64,000 bases of DNA from assembly GCF_009914755.1 (NCBI RefSeq), contig NC_060935.1. One strand, written 5' to 3'. Both the position numbers and the translations under genes were made by a program. Positions 53,271 to 64,000 of this stretch are shown in pieces. A model generated the notes under the pieces. The model saw only the letters and a program-made list of their open reading frames with translations, did not search any database and was not told where the DNA came from. Source of the stretch: the human T2T-CHM13v2.0 reference genome, Homo sapiens. How positions within the stretch are numbered: the stretch's first letter is position 1; every line of letters begins with the position of its first letter.

Positions 53271-54173
53271 GTTCAATAATAAAGACACAGTAATCCAAAT
53301 TTTTAAGTAGACAAACAAGCTGAATATACATTTCTCCAGAGAAGATATACAAACACCCAATAAGTACAGGAAGCAATGCTCAATAATATTAGCCATTAGG
53401 TAAATGCAAATCAAAACCAGAACAGATACCACTTCACACCCAGAGGATGGGTAAAATCAAAAGGATAGATAATAACACGTGTTGGTGAGGATGTAAAGAA
53501 ATTAGAGCCTTCATAAGTTGATGGTGGGAATGCAAAATGCTCCAGTCATTCGGGAGTCTGGCAGTTCTTCAAATGTTTAAATGTAACATTACCACACAAC
53601 CACACCTTTTTATATACCCCAAAGAAATAAAAACATATTTCCAAACAAATATGTATATACAAATGTCAGCATCATGTATAATGCTATAATTATTCATAAT
53701 AGCTAAAAATTGGGAACTATCTAAAACGTCTACCAATTATGAATGGATAAGTAAAATGTAGTTCATATATACAATTAAATACTATTCAGCAATAAGAAGT
53801 AATGAAATATTGATTCTACAACATGGAGGAACCTTGAAAACATTATGCTGTCAAAGAAGCCAATCACGAAAGGCCCCATACTGTATGAGTCTACTTATTT
53901 AAAATGTCCAGAATAGGTAAATCTATAAAAATTGGAGGCAAATTAGTGGCTTCCTACAACTGGAGAAATTGGGGGAAAATGAGAAGTGACTAGTAATGAT
54001 TATGGGGTTTCTTTTGGGGTGATGACAATGTTCTAAAATTTTATAATTATGATTATGGTAATAGTTGTACAACTTTGTGAATACATAAAACTCACTGAAC
54101 TGTACACTGTAAGTCTGTGAAATGTATGGTATGTAAATTATATCTTAATAAAGCTGTTTAAAAAAAAAAAGAA

Positions 54174-54690
<517 letters not shown>

Positions 54691-55216
54691 TCAGGATTTA
54701 TGGAGTGTAATCATATGAGTTTCCCTATTTGTTTCATTGATATGATCAATTACATAGTTTAATTTTCTAATATTGAATCATTCAATATTCCTGGAATATA
54801 TAAGGAATATATAAGTGTTTGCTATTATTAATCTGTAAGTTCTGGATTGATATTTTAAAAGGTATTGATATGTAGTTTTCTTTTTTGGTGCAATCCTTGT
54901 CAAGTTTAAGGATTACAGCATCATCATTTCATAAAACAATTTTGGAAGTTCTCCTTCTTCTTTTACACACTGAAATAATTTAAATGGCACTATGATCATT
55001 GGCTATTTAAAGGTCTGATAAAATTTTCCCGTGAGATTATATGGACCTAGTAATTTTTGTTCTGTTCATTGCTTTGGTTTTCTTCTTCAAAGTTAAAAAA
55101 ATAGATACTATATCTATCTTCTGTATCTCTCACTTTCTCTTGACTCTCTTAAATCTCTTTCATATCTTTTTTATTAAAAAGATTCTTTATATCTTATTAT
55201 ACTTGTATTAAGTGAT

Positions 55217-55660
55217 TGGTATGGTTTGGATATTTCACCCCTCCAAATCTCATGTTGAAATCTGATCCAAATCTCAAGTTGGAGGTGGGGCCTAATGGGA
55301 GGTGTCTGGGTCATGGAGACAGATCCCTCATGAATGGATTAATGTGCTCCCTAGGGTGCAGTACGGGGGCACTGAGTGAGATCTGGCTCTATTACGAGTT
55401 GGTTGTTAAAAAGAACCTGGCACCTCCCCACTCACCTCTTGCTTCCTTTCTGGTTATGTGCTATCTGTACACAGCCAGCTTGGCTCCCCTTCACCTTCTT
55501 CCATGAACCTTCTTTCTTTAACTTGAAGCCATCACCTGATGCAGATGCTGGCACCATTCTTCTTGAACAGTCTGCAAAACTGTGAGTAAAATAAAACTCT
55601 TTTCTTTATAAATTACGCAGCTTCAGGTATTCCTTTTCAGCAAATAAATGGACTAAGACA
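55217..55660 (+). mobile_element. MaLR solo LTR (MSTB-like)
   Basis: TGGTATGGTTTGGAT...CAAATCTCATGTTGAAAT...GGACTAAGACA. 5-bp TSD GTGAT/GTCAT. Confidence 0.85.
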
Positions 55661-56863
55661 GTCATTATCTATTGTTTGCGTTTTTTTCTAGTTCATTTCT
55701 GAAATAATATTTCTCTCTAAATGTTTCCTGAGTATTGGAAGTTTTTGTGTGAAATCTTCCTTTTCTTCTCTCACATCATTTATGATTTTTTTCAAGTTCT
55801 GATTTATGTTGCTTTTTCCCTCATACCTTCTGTCCTTTTCTTAAATTTCAAAGCTCATTTTGGAATACTGAGTTACAATTTTTATCTGTTTGAGGGCATG
55901 TCTGTGAAATCTTATTGTCTGTAGAAACATTTGGCTCCTATTCTCTCTTGTCATATAATAATTTTGTATGGGATTTAATTGTGATAATGTTCTGTAACGT
56001 ATTCACTTAAATGAAGCAAGTTTGCTTCTACTTTTAAAGGGAGAGACAGGCCAGAGTAGCTTTTCTTTACTTCACAGTCATCAGATACTATCATATCATG
56101 ATTCTATTACACCCACCCAACATTGGGATTCTGTTTCCAATTGCTGCTCCTCTTCTCACACTACCCCATAATGCTTTACAGTAAGCACCTTTGGCAATTT
56201 GAGGGTTCTTCTGCACTCAATGACGTCAAAGCCCATTTGTTTCCCTCTCCTTTCTTTAGTCAAATGCTGATATCACGCAGATCTATAGATGTTGGTGGTT
56301 TGTTCCTGCATGCGCGTAACTGGGGTCTGTAGGGTATTGAAGATGTTATCTGTGTGTTTTTGGTTTCACTATTCTGGTTGATCTATTGCTATTTATAGGA
56401 GAAATTAGTGAGGTTTAAAACTATCACCATCACTATCATCATCCCCACACTATTTCCAAACTGTCATTCAGCTATTAAGATCCTAAGAAAAATATGAGGG
56501 TAATGAATAGATGAAATTAACTAGCTGACATAAGTATACTGCTTGTATTTAAATTATTGATTATGTTGTAACTTTCAGGGAAACATCTGAGGCTTCTTTG
56601 GAAAACAAATGCTTTTATTACACTTAGAAAAGTACTCCAGAAATATCTTTTTAACCAAATTCAATCAATGGGATGTTATCCCAGTAATGACTAATTTCAT
56701 ACTCTTCATTGTACATTATGTTAATTTTTCAGGAAAAATAGCATAACTTATGAGACCAAAATAAATACAGACAAAAATACAGAAAGGGATTCTGAAAGGT
56801 TCTGCCTTAAAAGTAAAACAAAAATTAGCAAAGAAGCACCATTAAGTCAAAAGGACTTCACAT

Positions 56864-57175
<312 letters not shown>

Positions 57176-57489
57176 TCACAGAACAAAAACAAGTTTCCAG
57201 TGTGTGCAGTGTGTGAAAAAATGGGTATAATTCCTCTTTTACTGTCTCTCTAAACTGAAACATGTTCCAGCAAAATACTACATAATATGGAGCAGCAGCC
57301 TAGTGGCCTAGCGTTCTAGCTAACATTGAGGTAATGTTATTCTAACTTTTCACTTCTCCTTCATACACAGCTATATCTATATATAGACATATATATCTTT
57401 AATGATTTTTTTAAAGTCACCGATAATCCCACATGAAAAAAGTTCTCTCTCTTTCCATCCACACTGTCCTTTATATAATTCATTTTTTA

Positions 57490-57805
57490 AATTTATTTTT
57501 ATTTTTATATATTTACTTTTTGGAGACAGGGTCTTGCTCTGGTGCCCAGGCTAGGTTGCAGTGGTGCAATCATAGTTCACTGCAGCCTCAAACTCCTGGG
57601 CTCAAGCAATCCTCCCGCCTTAGTGTCCGCAGTAGCTAGGACTGCTGGTGTGTGCCGCCACATCCAGCTAATTTATTTTTATTTTTTGTAGAGACAGGTC
57701 TCATTATATGGCCCAGGCTGGTCTCTAAGTCCTGGCCTCAAGCAATCCTTCTGCCTCAGCCTCCCAAAATGCTGGGATTACAGGCATAAGCCACTGCACC
57801 TAGCC
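57490..57805 (-). mobile_element. AluJ
   Basis: GAGACAGGGTCTTGC...CCTGGGCTCAAGCAATCC. Confidence 0.93.
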
Positions 57806-58364
57806 CATATAATTTTTCACACAAAACTCACTGTTCTCTTTTTAAACTTAACACTATGATAACATGCAAAAACTGTTTTCAAAGTTGTAATTTTAATGAC
57901 AGCATTTATTTTATTAAATTCCTTTAAGGAACAGTAAGTAGTTGTAACAATTGGCAACTCAATGGCCAAATATGAATTCTCAAAGCTATACTATACAAAT
58001 GAATGAAATGGTATCATATATGATCTCTACATATCTTACAAATAAAGATAATTTATGCTCAAAGCAGAGAATATAAGCAAATTCAGAAGCAGAGCTCTGT
58101 TTACCTTTACAAGGGCTATCCATAGGTTAATCAAGGACCCTGGCTATTAAAAACAAATGGCTGCACTTGAAAGCACAGATTGCTCCTCCTCTGTGTTATG
58201 AAGTGTGATGATATGAAACTTAAGCTTACCTGTAAAAACTAAAATACATCTTTATTACAATGGAACTAATTTTAACTTAATTTTTCTACCCAACCACAAA
58301 GCCAATGCCACATACCTTAAAGGTTTTTTTGTTCAGAAACCTCCACTTTTCAAGGTACCAATTT

Positions 58365-58770
58365 CTATATAGGTTCAGGCGACAACTGCAATGAAAATAA
58401 AAAAAAAAAATGTATAATGGCTCTAAAAGTAGAGAATTTTATTTATTGCTCTGATAAAGTACAAAATACATTACTGATGGATTGGCAATATTCCTCCACC
58501 TGGTGATTCAGGAACCTAGGCTCTTTTCATCTTGCGGCTCCACCATCGTCAAAATGTGGCTTCCAAAGTCACCATGCATGTTTGCACCATGCCACAGAAG
58601 GGGAAAGGGCATGCAGAATTGTGTGTCTTTTCTGAGGTAAAAGGCTTCCACTCACATTCCACTAGCTAGAACCCAGTCACTCGGCCATTACAAAGAAGGC
58701 TTAAAATGTCGTAGAACCATCTGTCCTGGAAGAAGAGGAAATTCTAGCCAGTCTAGTCAGTCTTTGCTAC
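58365..58770 (-). mobile_element. Old MaLR LTR (MLT1J-like)
   Basis: ATTCAGGAACCTAGGCTCTTTTCATCTTG...CTTCCACTCACATTCCACTAGCTAGAACCCAGTCAC. Confidence 0.7.
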
Positions 58771-59076
58771 GCTTTTTCAGCAACTGTTTTTGCTTAATAA
58801 ACTCTTTAATTCTCTTATTATTCAAATAAGAGAATTTTATCCTTTTAATTGGTCTAGAAAAAATTAGATTTTTTCACTAATGAAAGTTGGTCTTTGATCA
58901 ATACACATGAATGTACATTTGGTAATGTTCCATTAAAATGCCAGGAACATTATTTTTAATCTTTGCAAACAAGAGAACAAAAAAGCAAAGGAGCTAAAAG
59001 GAGTGAGAATGTAAATAATGTGAGATCTAATGCCTTTCAAGCTATAATCCGTTTTTAATTACTTGTACTAATATGT

Positions 59077-59172
59077 ATGGCAAGTTTTACTTCTCAATTT
59101 TTTTGTATATAACCAAGAGTTGATGGCAAGTTTTACTTCTCAATTGTGTTTTACATATATGACCAAGAGTTG
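59077..59172. repeat. Two-copy tandem duplication (46/50 bp)
   Basis: ATGGCAAGTTTTACTTCTCAATT...ACCAAGAGTTG twice. Confidence 0.92.
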
Positions 59173-60344
59173 ATTTTATATACTTAAACTCTATACTTAC
59201 CATGAAAGAAACTTCTCATACTAATCAATCCACACAATACTCCTGAGTTTAGACAATGCCATTTAAAATTCTTTGAGACAAAATGGACAAGAAAATAAGG
59301 GTTTATTCAAAGCCACAAAGGGAAGCAGCATGTGATGCCCAGTACTATACTCACAACAAATTTTCCCTCTAGAAAGGAACCAACTGAATTCTTTGTTTTT
59401 TATATTGGTAGAAATGCAGTAGAAAATAGAAATTAAGTGAAGGAAATATACACAATGTCTTAAAATTAGTATACTAACTTATAAAACTGGAACAGAATCA
59501 GTTTTAGGCATGCATGATTTTCTTTCAAACAGTAATATTTTCTTGTAAAATTACTGAATAATAAAGCATGTGTGAACAGTCATTTTCATTTTCTAGTATC
59601 CTGCACAAGTATAACTATACATTTTAAAAATCTATATTGAAGTGAACAATCTAGGATGTTTACTAACACAAAGGTGTTAATCTCACATCATAAAATGTCA
59701 TGTAATAAAACAATCTTCACAGTATTTGTTCTAAAAAGTGGTTACAGCCCATGTCCAAATACCTATATGGAGAGTTAACTGAGTTAACTTTAGAAAATAA
59801 AGAGCAGAAATATAAATATACCATGTGTTTTATAATTAATATTAAACTTGATGCTGTTTCATATTTTGATAAGAATACCAGTATGCTAAAGTACATAAGA
59901 GAATGAACAATTTTTACTTTAAAAAAATTAAGGTATCCATCTCAATCACACCTGCTTCAAAGGTACAAGACAACCAGCAGAAGTTTCTTTAAGATCATGT
60001 GAATGGTTCTCGGGACATTTCTGTGTCCTCTGGCACCTGAAGACATTGCCTGAATTTCATCAAATGTTTCTTGATTTCAGTTTTCCTTTGGTAATTCATC
60101 TCTTAGTTCCAATATAACTTCTTTGACTACTTGTTTGTGTTTCTAGATGCAGAATTATTTTGTCAGGGAAAAGTAAGTTGATGTGTAACCTGCAGAAACT
60201 TCCAGAAGACTCTGATCAATAATACTATTAGAAATTCTTCCTGATGATGCCAATGGTAGAGTCCTGAATCAGGAGGCAAAAGCAAGCCTTGGAAAGCTAT
60301 CTTATATTTCAAAATGTCAGTAAGGTAAGCCTAGTATATTTCAG

Positions 60345-61494
60345 GTACCAGTCCTACAAACTTACATGAGGGGAGACATGTAAACAAATTTTAAAATGTG
60401 TAATAGGTGCTACATTAGAATGCTGTGCCTAGTACAACTGATGAACAAGGAAGCATCTGACCAATTCTATCCATCATGTCAATAATGATTCCACAAAGAA
60501 GGTTAACATCAGGGCTGAAGGGGGTCTTCAAAATTAGTAGGTATCCCCCAAGTGTATGTTGTGGAATGGAGTGGTCTGAGTAAAAACAGCATGAACAAAG
60601 GTAAAGAGGCTTAACTAGCACAACATGTTAGTGGAATTAAAGTAGTTTAGTATGATTTTCATTGAATGGGGGGCTGAGCTGGGCATGATATGAAAGAAAC
60701 AATAGAAAGGCAGGATAAAGTCATTATGAAAAACATTTCTCTCATGCTACGGAGTTTGGATTTCTTCCTATAGGCAATGAAGAACCACTGAGAAGGAGTG
60801 ATTGACATGATCTTCCAGAGAAATAATTCTGATAGTCATATGGAAGAAAGAGCAAAACTGAAGGTGATACAATTGTTAGGCTGTTATAGTGATCCAGAAG
60901 AGAGCTAAGGAGGCAGTCTGAAGAGAGGCCATACCAAAGAGGATAGGGAGGATGGCAGAGATGCTAAGAAAGTATATGGCTCAGGGCATGATTGCTTATT
61001 CAATGTGAGAGATGCAAAGTGGGAGGTGTAAAAAAGATGACTCTCAAGTTTCTGGTTTGGATTACTGGATTGTTCATAGCTTCATTCACCAAAACTTGAA
61101 TTGCTGGAGAAACAAAAGATTTGGAGATGAGTAAAATATGTTTCCTTTTGGATATGTTGATTCTGAAGTGCCTTATGGGATATTTAGATGGAGAACTCAC
61201 TTAATGAGTGTATAAAAGAAACAAACAAACAAACAAACAAACAGCAAGTATACCGTAAGCAACAATTAGGCATAAGAAAACAGACAGGACCACCAAAGAA
61301 GTAAAAGGAATTTCACATAATGGGCAACCATGTTCTGTTCTGCAGGGAAGGTAATTAATATGAAGACTGAAGAAAGTCTTTTTGGTTAATTTGATTTGGA
61401 TTGGGTAATTTGATCAACAGTTTCATTATGGCTTCCAACAACAAATAGTTATTGAAGTCTTCAATGAGGTAGATTTAAGAGTGAATAGGTGAGG

Positions 61495-61495
<1 letters not shown>
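60345..61495 (-). mobile_element. L2 (ancient)
   Basis: Purine-rich antisense L2 motifs (GGAGTTTGGATTTCTTCCTATAGGCAATGAAGAACCACTG; GATGACTCTCAAGTTTCTGG). Confidence 0.7.

Positions 61496-64000
<2,505 letters not shown>

Noticed and set aside
60079-60143. Possible minus-strand terminal coding exon (KHKQVVKEVILELRDELPKEN*)
   Set aside because: Weak pyrimidine tract, peptide not recognised, no partner exons found.

Overview
Primate (very probably human or ape) non-coding genomic DNA, dominated by interspersed repeats. I find no supportable protein-coding gene, RNA gene or CRISPR. Nearly all listed ORFs are Alu, L1, LTR or microsatellite read-throughs. Main contents: a MER4-group ERV1 provirus end (1-5580, minus) carrying two TSD-flanked solo LTR2-family insertions; a solo LTR3 (HML-6); several MaLR LTRs; a near full-length dead L1PA (40881-46985); a TSD-flanked 5'-truncated L1PA (27125-28997); older L1M, L2, MIR and CR1-like fossils; Tigger and hAT DNA-transposon relics; and more than 20 Alus. 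The most notable observations are: (1) a perfect 36-bp-arm palindrome in unique DNA (18981-19060), shaped like a pre-miRNA and possibly made by template switching; (2) a 99-bp identical tract with two shared non-consensus bases between the two oppositely oriented L1PA copies, suggesting ectopic gene conversion; (3) a multi-segment templated inverted duplication at 48.8-49.1 kb copied from 1.2 kb upstream; (4) a short orphan retrocopy-like insert; (5) candidate splice and enhancer motifs. I do not see evidence for a new multi-gene system. Repeat subfamily names are from memory of consensus sequences and need RepeatMasker/Dfam confirmation.
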